Assembly (NCBI GenBank): GCA_019322805.1
Contig: JAHWIC010000002.1
Location: 2,938 to 66,937, forward strand
Direction of reading: 5' to 3'
Source of the DNA: Candidatus Woesearchaeota archaeon
GTDB lineage: Archaea > Nanobdellota > Nanobdellia > Woesearchaeales > JAHWIC01
DNA length: 64,000 nt
The position numbers were made by a program, and so were the translations under genes. This document shows, piece by piece, positions 39,146 to 47,980 of the stretch; within the stretch, counting starts at the first letter, position 1, and every line of letters starts with the position of its first letter. The notes beneath the pieces were generated by a model. It was not told the origin of the DNA and did not search any database. It saw only the letters and a list, made by a program, of their open reading frames with translations.

Positions 39146-40119
39146 TATGTTTAGGTATTGAAAGCACAGCTCACACCTTTGGTGTTGGAATCATTGACGA
39201 TAAAGGAAAGATACTAGCTGATGCTAGAAATAGCTATACAACAGAATCTGGTGGGATTCATCCTTCTCAAGCAAAGGAGCACCATGAGTTAGTTGCTGAC
39301 GAGGTTATTTACGAAGCTCTTAACCAAGCTAAGCTTGAACTTAAGGATATTAATTTGATTAGTTTTTCACAAGGTCCTGGTTTGCCACCTTGCCTTGTTG
39401 TTGGATTGCAGAAGGTGAAAGAGCTTTCTAAAAAAGCCCATAAGCCTGTTGTTGGTGTTAATCATTGTATTGCGCATCTTGAAATTGGAAATCTATTGAC
39501 TAATTCTAATGATCCTGTATTGCTATATGTGAGCGGAGCAAATACTCAGGTTATTGCTTACGACGGCGGCAAGTATAGAATATTTGGAGAGACTCTTGAT
39601 AAGGGTGTTGGTAATTTTCTTGATGCTTTTGCTCGTCATGCTGGAATGGGCTTTCCAGGCGGACCTAAGATATACGAGCTTGCACTTAAAGGCAAAGAAT
39701 ATGTTGAACTGCCTTATGTTGTAAAAGGAATGGATATTTCTGTAAGCGGTATTCTTACAAATGTAAAACAAAAGTTTGATTCTAAAAAGTACAAGTTAGA
39801 GGATTTAGCATATTCTATTCAGGAAACCGTTTTTGCAATGCTTGTTGAGGTTGCTGAGCGTGCTATGGCACACTGCGAAAAAACAGAGCTTTTGCTTGGT
39901 GGTGGAGTTGCTTGCAATAAAAGATTGCAGGAGATGTGTGAGAAGATGTGTAAGGATAGAGGCGCTAGATTATTTGTTCCTGAAAACCGTGTTTTAACTG
40001 ATAATGCAATAATGATTGCTTGGCAGGGTATTCTCGAGCAGAAGAAACGCGAGCCACTTGATAAGATTGATATTCTGCCAAATTGGCGTACTGATGATGT
40101 TAAGGTTGATTGGAGATAA
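39142..40119 (+). CDS. kae1: tRNA N6-adenosine threonylcarbamoyltransferase Kae1 (KEOPS catalytic subunit)
   Basis: MICLGIESTAHTFGVGII...GVNHCIAHLEIG...LLGGGVACNKRL, full-length Kae1/TsaD. Confidence 0.9.
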   Translation: MICLGIESTAHTFGVGIIDDKGKILADARNSYTTESGGIHPSQAKEHHELVADEVIYEALNQAKLELKDINLISFSQGPGLPPCLVVGLQKVKELSKKAHKPVVGVNHCIAHLEIGNLLTNSNDPVLLYVSGANTQVIAYDGGKYRIFGETLDKGVGNFLDAFARHAGMGFPGGPKIYELALKGKEYVELPYVVKGMDISVSGILTNVKQKFDSKKYKLEDLAYSIQETVFAMLVEVAERAMAHCEKTELLLGGGVACNKRLQEMCEKMCKDRGARLFVPENRVLTDNAIMIAWQGILEQKKREPLDKIDILPNWRTDDVKVDWR

Positions 40120-40300
40120 AATCAATTTAAAGAACATCATTTGAAAAATAAATCTGATTTTTGCTTTCTTCTCTTGTTTAAAGCAAAAATCCTCTACACT
40201 TGGTTCTTGAAGAAAAAGAATAAGAAGAAAATTCCTTTAATGTAGTGAATAAGGGAATTTTCAGATTTAATTTTTGTTCTATTGATAAAGACTACAATCG
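40120..40300 (+). repeat. Structured intergenic repeat, copy 3. It begins at the Kae1 stop.
   Basis: TAAAATCAATTTAAAG...aaatctgatttttgctttcttctcttgtttaaagcaaaaatc (hairpin 1 identical to copy 2) ... gaaaattcctttaatgtagtgaataagggaattttc (hairpin 2 variant). The 3' tail diverges. Confidence 0.7.
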
Positions 40301-40347
40301 CAACATATTTATACAAGTTATTTGAAAATAATCTAAGAGGTGATAGC

Positions 40348-40434
40348 ATGCCATGCGGATGTTGTGGATCAAGAAAAAAGAAGGCTTCTAAGAAGAAGGC
40401 TTCTAAGAAGAAAGGTAAGAAGAAAAAGAGATAA
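40348..40434 (+). CDS. Tiny Cys/Lys-rich ORF (28 aa), speculative
   Basis: MPCGCCGSRKKKASKKKASKKKGKKKKR, preceded by a GGTGA RBS-like motif. Contains an 18-nt direct repeat. Very low support. Confidence 0.15.
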   Translation: MPCGCCGSRKKKASKKKASKKKGKKKKR

Positions 40435-40455
40435 TTCAGTTCTTTCTTTTATTTT

Positions 40456-40617
40456 TTATTTTTGTTCGTGAGCTTCTTCAAATCTCTTTTCTTTTTTTGG
40501 TGTAAACTCTGCAAATACTGCACCGCAATCCTGGCAGATTAATTCATCCTTTTCTTTGTCATATATGACATTTGTACTGCCGCATTCCTGGCACTCTTTT
40601 TTTAGTTTTTCTTTCAT
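40456..40617 (-). CDS. Stand-alone TFIIB-type zinc-ribbon protein (53 aa), translationally coupled to lon
   Basis: [35 protein letters not shown] matches the TFB/TFIIB N-terminal Zn-ribbon pattern (CPECGS..L..D...GE.VC..CG.V). The ATG overlaps the lon stop (ATGA). ORF-track upstream extension to 40671 would overlap lon. Confidence 0.5.
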   Translation of the reverse strand: MKEKLKKECQECGSTNVIYDKEKDELICQDCGAVFAEFTPKKEKRFEEAHEQK

Positions 40618-42554
40618 TTTCCACCATTGATCTCGATTATCTTTTTTAATATTTTTTCTTTGCCTTTCCAAACCAAGGCTTCTTTTAAGACGCCTGATAT
40701 GGTTTCGACAGGTATTATTTTTATCTGACTGAGTTTTTTTGGATCTATTATTATATCCTGTATATTTGATTTTGGCACTATCACATTCTTGATTCCTGCG
40801 TCAATCGCAGCTTCTACCTTTGATGAAACTCCACCAACAGGAAGGACCTCCCCTCTTACTGATAATGAACCTGTCAGTGCAAAGTTCTGCCTTACAGGTA
40901 TTTTTTCTAAAGCAGATATTATTGATGTTGCTACTGCTATTGAGGCTGAGTCACCTTCAACGCCTTCGTAAGTCTGGAGGAATTGAACATACAAATCATA
41001 TGTTTCCTTTATATCTTCACCAAAGTATTTTTTTATTATGGCGGAAACATTCTTTATAGCTTCTTTTGCTATTTCTCCAAGCTTTCCGGTTGCAATGATT
41101 TCTTTTTCCTTTCCCCCAGGTGTTACCTGTGATTCTATAGGAAGGATTATTCCTGAGTATGCGTCTGCGCCACCAATAACAGCTAATCCATTTACTCTTC
41201 CAATCTTGCTGCCGTCGGTGATTATTACATCGTATTCCTTTTTCCTCTCAATATATTTATCTGCTATCTGCTGTTCTAGGGTTCTTGCTATTTTTTTAGC
41301 CTCAATTATGTGTTTCTTTTCAGTAAATTTCGCATTTTGTTTTTTTGCAAGATCTCCTGCAGCTCTTATTAAACCACCTAATTCCCTTAATCTTAAGGTT
41401 AAGTGGCCTTTACGGTTTGCTCTTCTTCTTGCTTCTTCAATTATTTCTTCAACACCTTCCTTGCTGAAGTGAGGTATTTTAGCATCTTTTACAACCTCTT
41501 GTGCAACAAATAATGCAATCTTGTCCCTGTTTTCTTCTGTATCTTTGATAGTTTCATCCATATAAACCTCATAACCATAGCCTCTTATCCTTGACCTTAA
41601 GGCAGGATGCATGTGCTTTACTGTTTCCATGTTTCCAGCTGCAACAAGAATAAAATCGCATGGAACTGGCTCTGTTCTGACCATTGCTCCTGCTGAACGC
41701 TCACTCTGGCCTGTTATTGAGAATTTCTTTTCCTGCAGGGCTGATAATAATTCCTGCTGTGTTGCTGGATGCAAAGTTGCAATCTCATCTACAAAGAGGA
41801 CTCCTTTGTTTGCTTTATGCATCATACCTGCAACAACCCTTTCATGAGCAGGTGTTCCCAAGCCGCCAGACTGGAAAGGGTCATGGAGTACATCTCCCAG
41901 TAATGCTCCAGCATGTGCTCCTGTTGCATCAAAGAAAGGTGCATGCTTCTTATTGAAATTATCAACGATTAATCTGGGTATAAGTATTTTGGTGCCTGTG
42001 ATTCCTCGTTTTCCCATATTTAGAAAGATGACAAAAGCTGCAAGGAATATCATTCCTCCAAGAAAGAATGCTGTGAACATTAAATCTGACTTGTAATAGC
42101 CTCTGACCCACCAGGGAGCTATCATTGCTAAAAGAACCAGGACAAACATTATCAAGTTCTGGTTCTTGAACATAGTCATGCTTTCTATCTTTGCCTTCTT
42201 GACTAGTTCACGGCCTTTGCCTGCTTTTAGTGTCCTTATCAAAGGGGTGTTCTCATCATTAGGATTTGGGAAAGAAACAGTATCCATAAGGGTCTCTTTT
42301 GGCAGTAACTCTGCTAAGCCCATCCCAAGCATAGACTTGCCTGTGCCAGGCTCTCCTATTAAAAGGACGTGTCTTCTTTGGGCAGCAGCTTTTTTCATTA
42401 CCTCAACAGCATCATCCTGGCCAATGACCTGGTCTATTATGTTCTTATTTACCTTTATGTCTGCTGTTGTCTTATACTTTAGTTTTGGCATGTTGTCTAG
42501 AGATAGTCTAGTATTTAAAAATGTTAGCATAAAAAGTATTAAATAAAAACACAT
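40614..42554 (-). CDS. lon: Archaeal membrane-bound Lon protease (LonB)
   Basis: AAA+ Walker [16 protein letters not shown] insertion ([19 protein letters not shown]...FLAAFVIFL) and C-terminal Lon protease domain. Confidence 0.9.
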   Translation of the reverse strand: MCFYLILFMLTFLNTRLSLDNMPKLKYKTTADIKVNKNIIDQVIGQDDAVEVMKKAAAQRRHVLLIGEPGTGKSMLGMGLAELLPKETLMDTVSFPNPNDENTPLIRTLKAGKGRELVKKAKIESMTMFKNQNLIMFVLVLLAMIAPWWVRGYYKSDLMFTAFFLGGMIFLAAFVIFLNMGKRGITGTKILIPRLIVDNFNKKHAPFFDATGAHAGALLGDVLHDPFQSGGLGTPAHERVVAGMMHKANKGVLFVDEIATLHPATQQELLSALQEKKFSITGQSERSAGAMVRTEPVPCDFILVAAGNMETVKHMHPALRSRIRGYGYEVYMDETIKDTEENRDKIALFVAQEVVKDAKIPHFSKEGVEEIIEEARRRANRKGHLTLRLRELGGLIRAAGDLAKKQNAKFTEKKHIIEAKKIARTLEQQIADKYIERKKEYDVIITDGSKIGRVNGLAVIGGADAYSGIILPIESQVTPGGKEKEIIATGKLGEIAKEAIKNVSAIIKKYFGEDIKETYDLYVQFLQTYEGVEGDSASIAVATSIISALEKIPVRQNFALTGSLSVRGEVLPVGGVSSKVEAAIDAGIKNVIVPKSNIQDIIIDPKKLSQIKIIPVETISGVLKEALVWKGKEKILKKIIEINGGK

Positions 42555-42566
42555 AATGACACTATT

Positions 42567-42914
42567 ATGAAGGAGAAAATACTGCTTAGAACAGCACTAA
42601 TTGTTTCTATTGTGGGCGTTACACTCCTATTTTTTATTTCTGACTTCAGTGAACTTGGAGAAACAGGCATAGAAGAGATAACAATTGACGACTTAGATAA
42701 GAATGTTAAAGTGATTGGAGCTGTTACCAAGGTTATTGATACTGATAAGGTTCTCATAATGGATATTGCCCAACAAGAAGAGTTCAAGGTTGTTGTGTTC
42801 AAGGATAAGAACATCAGCTTGAAAAGAGGTGATTATATTGAGGTTTTAGGGACAGTTGAGGAGTATGAAGGTGAGCTTGAGATTATTGGCGACAGAATAA
42901 GGCTGATTGATTAA
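42567..42914 (+). CDS. Membrane-anchored OB-fold domain protein (hypothetical)
   Basis: N-terminal TM/signal segment then OB-fold-like [12 protein letters not shown]...[17 protein letters not shown]. Confidence 0.4.
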   Translation: MKEKILLRTALIVSIVGVTLLFFISDFSELGETGIEEITIDDLDKNVKVIGAVTKVIDTDKVLIMDIAQQEEFKVVVFKDKNISLKRGDYIEVLGTVEEYEGELEIIGDRIRLID

Positions 42915-42915
42915 A

Positions 42916-43032
42916 ATGTTTGTGCAGGTATTTATTTCAATTCTTTGCGGTGTTTGTGCAGGGATTGTGACCGGCAAGTGTGTGGTTGGTTCCTCGCTTC
43001 AAGCCAAAATTTATCGACTGCAATACAAATGA
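42916..43032 (+). pseudogene. Remnant duplicate of the 5' end of the TctA-like permease gene (38-codon fragment)
   Basis: MFVQVFISILCGVCAGIVTGKCVVG... versus the 44591 gene's MFLSTIIAILCGILAGVVTGLIPG... (13/20 identical at the N-terminus). It terminates after 38 codons. Confidence 0.5.
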
Positions 43033-43194
43033 AATACAAATAGTCTTAGGTGATAACTAAGATTATTGATAAGCCGTAACACAGGCCGATGACTTAGTGA
43101 TTACATTAAATAAGCAGCTGTTTTCTGGAAGCTTGAATAAGTGACCATAAGTTTTAAATAGGACAATTTATGACGTACAAGGAAAGGGAGATTA

Positions 43195-44466
43195 ATGAGA
43201 ATCCTATTTGTCAATGCAGCGCGTAAGAAGCATATGTTTGCATTAGCTCCACCTTTAGCGCTAGCCACATTGGCTGCACATACTCCTCAAAATTATACTA
43301 TTGAGATAGTTGACGAGTATGTTTCCTCTTTAAAATTCAAAGATTTTGATCTAGTCGCGATATCTTGCACAACAGATGCAGCAGTAAGAGGATATGAGAT
43401 AGCAAAAAAGTACAGAGAAAAGGGAGCTAAAGTGGTTATGGGTGGAGTCCATGTATCTATGTTACCAAACGAAGCAATAAACTATTGCGATAGTGTAGTT
43501 ATAGGAGAGGCAGAAAGTGTTTGGAAGATAGTTTTAAATGATTTTGAAAACAATTCATTAAAGAAATTCTACTATGGAAAAAGGCTACCTATGGTTAATA
43601 TGCCAATACCTAGAAGAGATTTATTCAAAAAGAGGTATGTTATGCAAAACGTAGAGACAGCAAGAGGCTGTCCATTCCGATGCGAGTTTTGTTCTGTTTC
43701 AGCTTTTAGTGGAGAAACCTACAGGCAAAGACCTGTTAAAGAGGTGATTGACGAAATAGAGACTATAAAACAGAGAAATATCCTCTTTGTTGATGATAAT
43801 ATATTGGGAGTGGGTAAAGATAACGAGGAAAGGGCAATAAAATTATGCAATGAACTTAAACCCTTAAACAAGAGATTGTTTGCACAAACATCAATAAATG
43901 TAGCAGATAATGATGAAGTTCTAAAAGCATTTTCTGATGCAGGCATGAAGGTGTTATTCGTAGGGATAGAATCCTTAAATAAAAAAAATTTAGAACAGAT
44001 GGGCAAAGGAATAAACCTAGGTAGGATTAAGGATTATAAGAGAATAATAAGAAAGATACATGATCATGGAATGTGTGTCTTAGGTTCATTTATTTTTGGC
44101 AATGATTATGATACAAAAAAAACTTTTAAAGATATAATAGAATTTATTAATGCTGCTGATTTGGATGCAAATTTATTTCATTTTTTGCTGCCGCTGCCAG
44201 GCACGAGACTTTATGGTAGGTTGTTCAAAGAAAATAGAATATTGTATACTAATTATCCCGATGATTGGAAAAAGTATAGAGAGGTTGTTTTCAAACCTAA
44301 AAATATGACTTCTGAGGAATTAGAGCTAAATACCTATGATGCTTTGAAGCAAACAACATCTCTTGGATTTTCATTTAATAAGTTCCTCAAATCAATGTCG
44401 ATAACAAAATCATTGAGTGTTTCAACAGGGATATTTATTTATAATTATATAAAGAGTGGGTGGTAA
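43195..44466 (+). CDS. B12-binding-domain radical SAM protein (class B rSAM, DUF4070-type)
   Basis: N-terminal cobalamin-binding-like domain (DLVAISCTTDAAV..VVMGGVHVS) and radical SAM CPFRCEFCSV motif. Confidence 0.7.
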   Translation: MRILFVNAARKKHMFALAPPLALATLAAHTPQNYTIEIVDEYVSSLKFKDFDLVAISCTTDAAVRGYEIAKKYREKGAKVVMGGVHVSMLPNEAINYCDSVVIGEAESVWKIVLNDFENNSLKKFYYGKRLPMVNMPIPRRDLFKKRYVMQNVETARGCPFRCEFCSVSAFSGETYRQRPVKEVIDEIETIKQRNILFVDDNILGVGKDNEERAIKLCNELKPLNKRLFAQTSINVADNDEVLKAFSDAGMKVLFVGIESLNKKNLEQMGKGINLGRIKDYKRIIRKIHDHGMCVLGSFIFGNDYDTKKTFKDIIEFINAADLDANLFHFLLPLPGTRLYGRLFKENRILYTNYPDDWKKYREVVFKPKNMTSEELELNTYDALKQTTSLGFSFNKFLKSMSITKSLSVSTGIFIYNYIKSGW

Positions 44467-44590
44467 ACAACTGAAAAATACGTCGAGATTAAAGTAAGAA
44501 TAAACAAACAGTTTGTTTATTTAGCTAATTCTAATTGAATAATATCCATTAAACTAAACAACTGATGTCTTAGGACATGGAGGTGAAAAA

Positions 44591-45802
44591 ATGTTTTTGT
44601 CGACGATAATTGCAATACTTTGCGGAATCTTGGCTGGGGTCGTGACAGGCTTAATCCCTGGCATACATATCAATCTTGTTTCGTTGTTGTTGGTTTCAAT
44701 CTCCGGCTATTTCCTGGCAATTACTTCTTCTCTAACACTTGGTGTGTTTATAATCGCAATGGCTGTCACGCATACATTTCTTGACTCAATTCCGTCTATA
44801 TTCTTAGGAGCTCCTGATGCTGATATGGTTTTAGGTGTTTTGCCAGGCCATAAGTTATTGCTTGAGGGCAAAGGTTATGAAGCTGTTAAGTTAACCACAA
44901 TTGGTTCTTTGGTCTGCCTTGTTCTTGTTGTTCTTATAATACCAATTATGATTCCAGCTGTTCCCTGGATTTATTCAGTTATCCAGCCTTTTATTGGGTG
45001 GATTTTGATTTTTGTTGTTGTGTTTATGCTTTTGAAAGAGAATGGTGTAAAAGGAAAGCTTTGGGGCAGTTATGTATTCCTTCTTTCTGGTGTGCTGGGA
45101 ATGATTGTATTTAGCTTGCCAAACCTAAAGCAGCCCCTTTTTCCGATGTTGTCAGGATTATTTGGTGTAAGTACTCTTATAACCTCTCTGTCTAACAATG
45201 TTAAGGTTCCAAAACAGAAGATTACAGAGACAATTGTCGTCGAGAAAAAGAATAAGTTTAAGGCATATGGTGCTGCTGTTTTTTCCGGAAGCCTGACTGG
45301 AATGTTTCCTGGCCTTGGCTCTGCACAGGCAGCAATATTATCTACTCAGCTTGTTGGTGATATAGGGAATCATGCTTTTTTGATTTTGGTTGGTGGAATC
45401 AATACAGTGAATTTTGTATTTAGTCTTGTGACTCTTTATACTCTGCAGAAAGCCAGGAATGGCGCAATTGTTGCTGTAATGGAAATCCTTAAAGAAATTA
45501 GCGTTAACGAGTTGGTTGTGTTTTTATGCGCTGCGCTTATTGCTGGGGGAATTGCTACTTTCCTCGCTTTGTTTATTACTCGTGGATTTTCGAGTTTGAT
45601 TAATAAGATAAATTACAGAAAATTATGTATTTCTATAATAACATTGATAAGTGTTTTAGTGCTTTATTTTTCCGGAATTATTGGAATTTTGATTTTGGTT
45701 GTGTCGACTGCAATTGGGATTATTCCCGCGCTTGTTGGAGTTAAAAGGTCTAACGCAATGGGCTGTCTGCTTTTGCCCGTTATATTGTATTTTATTTTAT
45801 AA
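44591..45802 (+). CDS. TctA-family (DUF112) membrane permease
   Basis: Multi-TM protein with repeated G..PG.(G/H) motifs (GLIPGIH, GMFPGLGSAQAA) typical of the tripartite tricarboxylate transporter large subunit family. Confidence 0.6.
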   Translation: MFLSTIIAILCGILAGVVTGLIPGIHINLVSLLLVSISGYFLAITSSLTLGVFIIAMAVTHTFLDSIPSIFLGAPDADMVLGVLPGHKLLLEGKGYEAVKLTTIGSLVCLVLVVLIIPIMIPAVPWIYSVIQPFIGWILIFVVVFMLLKENGVKGKLWGSYVFLLSGVLGMIVFSLPNLKQPLFPMLSGLFGVSTLITSLSNNVKVPKQKITETIVVEKKNKFKAYGAAVFSGSLTGMFPGLGSAQAAILSTQLVGDIGNHAFLILVGGINTVNFVFSLVTLYTLQKARNGAIVAVMEILKEISVNELVVFLCAALIAGGIATFLALFITRGFSSLINKINYRKLCISIITLISVLVLYFSGIIGILILVVSTAIGIIPALVGVKRSNAMGCLLLPVILYFIL

Positions 45803-45851
45803 TGCGGTAAATTTATATATCAATATGATTAGGTATTTCAATGGTGATACA

Positions 45852-46034
45852 ATGGGATTCTTAACAAAAATTAAGATAGCTAAGTTAAAGAGGAGATTAG
45901 CTAGTGTAACTGCGTTATTACAAACAGCTAAAGTCCAAAAGGATGTAAAGTTGGCAAAAAAATTAACTGCTTTGCAGGCTGTTCTAACTGATAAGATAAG
46001 TGCTTTAGAGCAAAGTAAGAAAAAGGTTGGATAA
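45852..46034 (+). CDS. Small coiled-coil hypothetical protein (60 aa; start uncertain)
   Basis: MGFLTKIKIAKLKRRLASVTALLQTAKVQKDVKLAKKLTALQAVLTDKISALEQSKKKVG. The TATA-like aaatttatatatc at 45810-45822 is positioned for a leaderless start at 45852. Alternative start at 45825. Confidence 0.3.
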   Translation: MGFLTKIKIAKLKRRLASVTALLQTAKVQKDVKLAKKLTALQAVLTDKISALEQSKKKVG

Positions 46035-46066
46035 GCTTTTTAAATAAAACCCTAATTCTTGAGCCT

Positions 46067-46324
46067 ATGGAAGGAATAATATCCAATTTCAGACGCGGAA
46101 GACACAGGCAAGTAACAAACCAGATGATTATTAAGCCTGCCGGTGTTGACAAGAAAGAAGCAGCTGCAAAACTGGTCGGCAAAGCAGTCAGCTGGAAGAG
46201 CCCTGCTGGTAAAGAGATAAAAGGGAAAGTAGCTAAGGAGCACGGCAGGAATGGTTCTGTAAGGGTCCTTTTTGAGACAGGAATGCCTGGGCAGTCAATA
46301 GGTACTAAAGTTAGTATTCAATAA
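46067..46324 (+). CDS. rpl35ae: 50S ribosomal protein L35Ae
   Basis: RRGRHRQVTNQMIIKPAGVDKKEAAAKLVGKAVSWKSPAGKEIKGKVAKEHGRNGSVRVLFETGMPGQSIGTKV matches the L35Ae consensus. Confidence 0.8.
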   Translation: MEGIISNFRRGRHRQVTNQMIIKPAGVDKKEAAAKLVGKAVSWKSPAGKEIKGKVAKEHGRNGSVRVLFETGMPGQSIGTKVSIQ

Positions 46325-46384
46325 ATCATTAATTCTTATCACTAGGTGCACAAAAACATTTAGAATTAGTTGTGAACTTTGATT

Positions 46385-46657
46385 TTAACTATCATGTTAA
46401 ATTATCACTAATAACAATTAAATCCGAATTCCTTTCACAACCACAATAAAGGTTATAGTAAGCGAAATTATATAATCAATAGTTTCGCTTACTAAATAGT
46501 AAACGCAATCTTTCATAAAATAGTTGCGTTTACTAAATTTTCGTCTGCTTATGGTTCTTAAGAAACAGGAGCGGGATGATTTTTGCCTTAAGTAAGGAAT
46601 AAAGCAAAAATCGGATTTATTATTTTTCTAATGATATTTTTTATTGATAAGAAAAAA
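46385..46657 (-). repeat. Structured intergenic repeat, copy 4 (minus orientation). It starts immediately 3' of the minus-strand tRNA-iMet and carries two extra inserted hairpins.
   Basis: Read on the minus strand: ttatcaataaaaaatatcattagaaaaataataaatccgatttttgctttattccttacttaaggcaaaaatc... then two perfect 12-bp hairpins (tagtaaacgcaa/ttgcgtttacta and tagtaagcgaaa/tttcgcttacta) replace hairpin 2. Ends ...gttgtgaaaggaattcggatttaattgttatta as in copies 1-2. Confidence 0.7.
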
Positions 46658-46797
46658 TAGCGGGGAATGGACTCTCAAATCCTGAGGGATTTGTGGTCTC
46701 CCTCTGGGATATTTGAACCATCGACCTGAGGGTCTCTCTGCTTAAGCATATGAGCCCTCCGGGCACTCCTGACTGCCCTACCCCGCTGTAAGGTCTG
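46658..46797 (-). tRNA. Initiator tRNA-Met (anticodon CAT, A1:U72 pair) with two introns (anticodon loop ~15 nt; T-loop ~40 nt)
   Basis: Minus-strand read: AGCGGGG-TA-GGGC-AGTCAGGAGT-GCCC-G-GAGGG-CTCATA|tgcttaagcagagag|A-CCCTC-AGGTC-GATGG-TTCAAAT|atcccagagggagaccacaaatccctcaggatttgagagt|CCATT-CCCCGCT-A. The A1:U72 pair is an archaeal initiator hallmark. It overlaps the spurious ORF 46641..47162. Confidence 0.7.
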
Positions 46798-46881
46798 AGA
46801 AATAATCGGCTATTTATAAAAGTTTGGAATAAAAAAGAAAACGAAAGATAAATAAATACATTCAATAAATCAGAGATAGAG

Positions 46882-47187
46882 GTGTTTACTATGACAAATG
46901 GAATAAAATTATTAATACTTGATATATTAAAGCCGATAGAGCCCCCTATATTAGAATATGCCCAGGCTATAGCTGCTATAGATAAATCGTATTCTGTGAG
47001 TCTCAGGGTTGAAGAGATCGATGAGAAGACCGAAACAGTTGAGGTGATTGTTATCGGTGATAACATCAACTTCAAAAAAATAGAAGAGAAGATTAACAAG
47101 CTTGGCGGAACAGTGCATAGCTTAGACGAGGTCTCTGAGGGAAAACAGATGATTAACTCCAAGGATTTTTCTGGGATGCGTAAATGA
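46882..47187 (+). CDS. DUF211-family protein (COG1888)
   Basis: IKLLILDILKPIEPPILEYAQAIAAIDKSYSVSLRVEEIDEKTETVEVIVIGDNINFKKIEEKINKLGGTVHSLDEV matches the DUF211 consensus (LVLDVLKPH.P...E.A..L.....V..V........D..TE....TIEG..ID...I...IE..GG.IHSIDEV). Confidence 0.6.
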   Translation: MFTMTNGIKLLILDILKPIEPPILEYAQAIAAIDKSYSVSLRVEEIDEKTETVEVIVIGDNINFKKIEEKINKLGGTVHSLDEVSEGKQMINSKDFSGMRK

Positions 47188-47762
47188 TAAACTTTTTTAG
47201 GAAAATATTAGATTATGTGAAATTGGGCATTTCTGACAAGATTGCTAGAAGGTACTTTATTGTGAATGCTTTTGATGGTTCCTTGACTCTTCTTGGTATG
47301 TTGATGGGAGCCTTTATCGTAGGTATTGAAAATTACCATGTTATCTTTGGAGCTGGAATGGGAGCAACTATTGCTATGGGAATCTCTGGTCTTTCTGGGG
47401 CTTACCTCAGCGAGAAAGCTGAAAGGGCAGAAGGAATTAGAGAACTAGAGAAAGCAATGTTAAAGAAGCTGGATAATACTACCCTATCTGAAGCCTCGAA
47501 GGTTGCTCCTATATTCTCTGCTCTTGCACATGGAGGCTCTCCTTTCTTAGCAGGTCTTTTGATAATGGCTCCTTTCTTTTTTGGAGAGCTTTTTTCAGTT
47601 ACCCGGCTGGTTTACATGTCATTAGGGCTTTGTTTTGGAATCCTCTTCCTATTGGGGTTGGTACTGGGAAAGATATCAAAAGAAAACATGTTTCTTTCTG
47701 GCATTAGAGCCTTGGCAGTAGGTATCTTTACAGCCGTGATTCTATATATATTCAAGATATAA
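47184..47762 (+). CDS. VIT1/CCC1-like membrane protein (DUF211-associated)
   Basis: FIVNAFDGSLTLLGMLMGAFIVG resembles the VIT family GANDG..S...LV.G motif. Several TM segments and a coupled start (ATGA-type overlap with the DUF211 gene). Confidence 0.4.
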   Translation: MINFFRKILDYVKLGISDKIARRYFIVNAFDGSLTLLGMLMGAFIVGIENYHVIFGAGMGATIAMGISGLSGAYLSEKAERAEGIRELEKAMLKKLDNTTLSEASKVAPIFSALAHGGSPFLAGLLIMAPFFFGELFSVTRLVYMSLGLCFGILFLLGLVLGKISKENMFLSGIRALAVGIFTAVILYIFKI

Positions 47763-47771
47763 TAAAAGAAA

Positions 47772-47897
47772 ACGCCGCGGGGGAGACTTTCAAAAAGCAT
47801 GCCGAACGCTGCGCGCGGCATGCTGTTTTTGAACTCCCGTGCCCCGAAGGACAGAGGATTAGCAATCCTCCGCAATGGCCGGGCTATGCGACCGCGG
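47772..47897 (-). tRNA. tRNA-Ser (anticodon GCT) with long variable arm and a ~41-nt T-loop intron
   Basis: Minus-strand read: GCCGCGG-TC-GCAT-AGCCCGGCCA-TTGC-G-GAGGA-TTGCTAA-TCCTC-TGTCCTTCGGGGCAC (variable arm hairpin GTCC/GGGC)-GGGAG-TTCAAAA|acagcatgccgcgcgcagcgttcggcatgctttttgaaagt|CTCCC-CCGCGGC-G, then TTTT. Appears as a GC-rich island on the plus strand. ORF 47875..48057 is spurious. Confidence 0.75.
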
Positions 47898-47980
47898 CAT
47901 AGGATTTGTTATTTGTTATTTATATATAAATGTTGTTGATTTCATAATATTTAAATATCAGGATAAAAAGATTAGTACAT

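Noticed and set aside
46641-47162. 173-aa minus-strand ORF
   Set aside because: It overlaps the initiator tRNA-Met and repeat copy 4, and runs antisense to the DUF211 gene promoter and start region. Composition is low-complexity (S/I/F-rich) with no motifs.
47797-47830. Rho-independent-like terminator hairpin aaaaagcatgccg...cggcatgctgttttt after the VIT-like gene
   Set aside because: The hairpin is internal to the T-loop intron of the minus-strand tRNA-Ser. It may still act as a terminator for the plus-strand gene but was not called as a separate feature.
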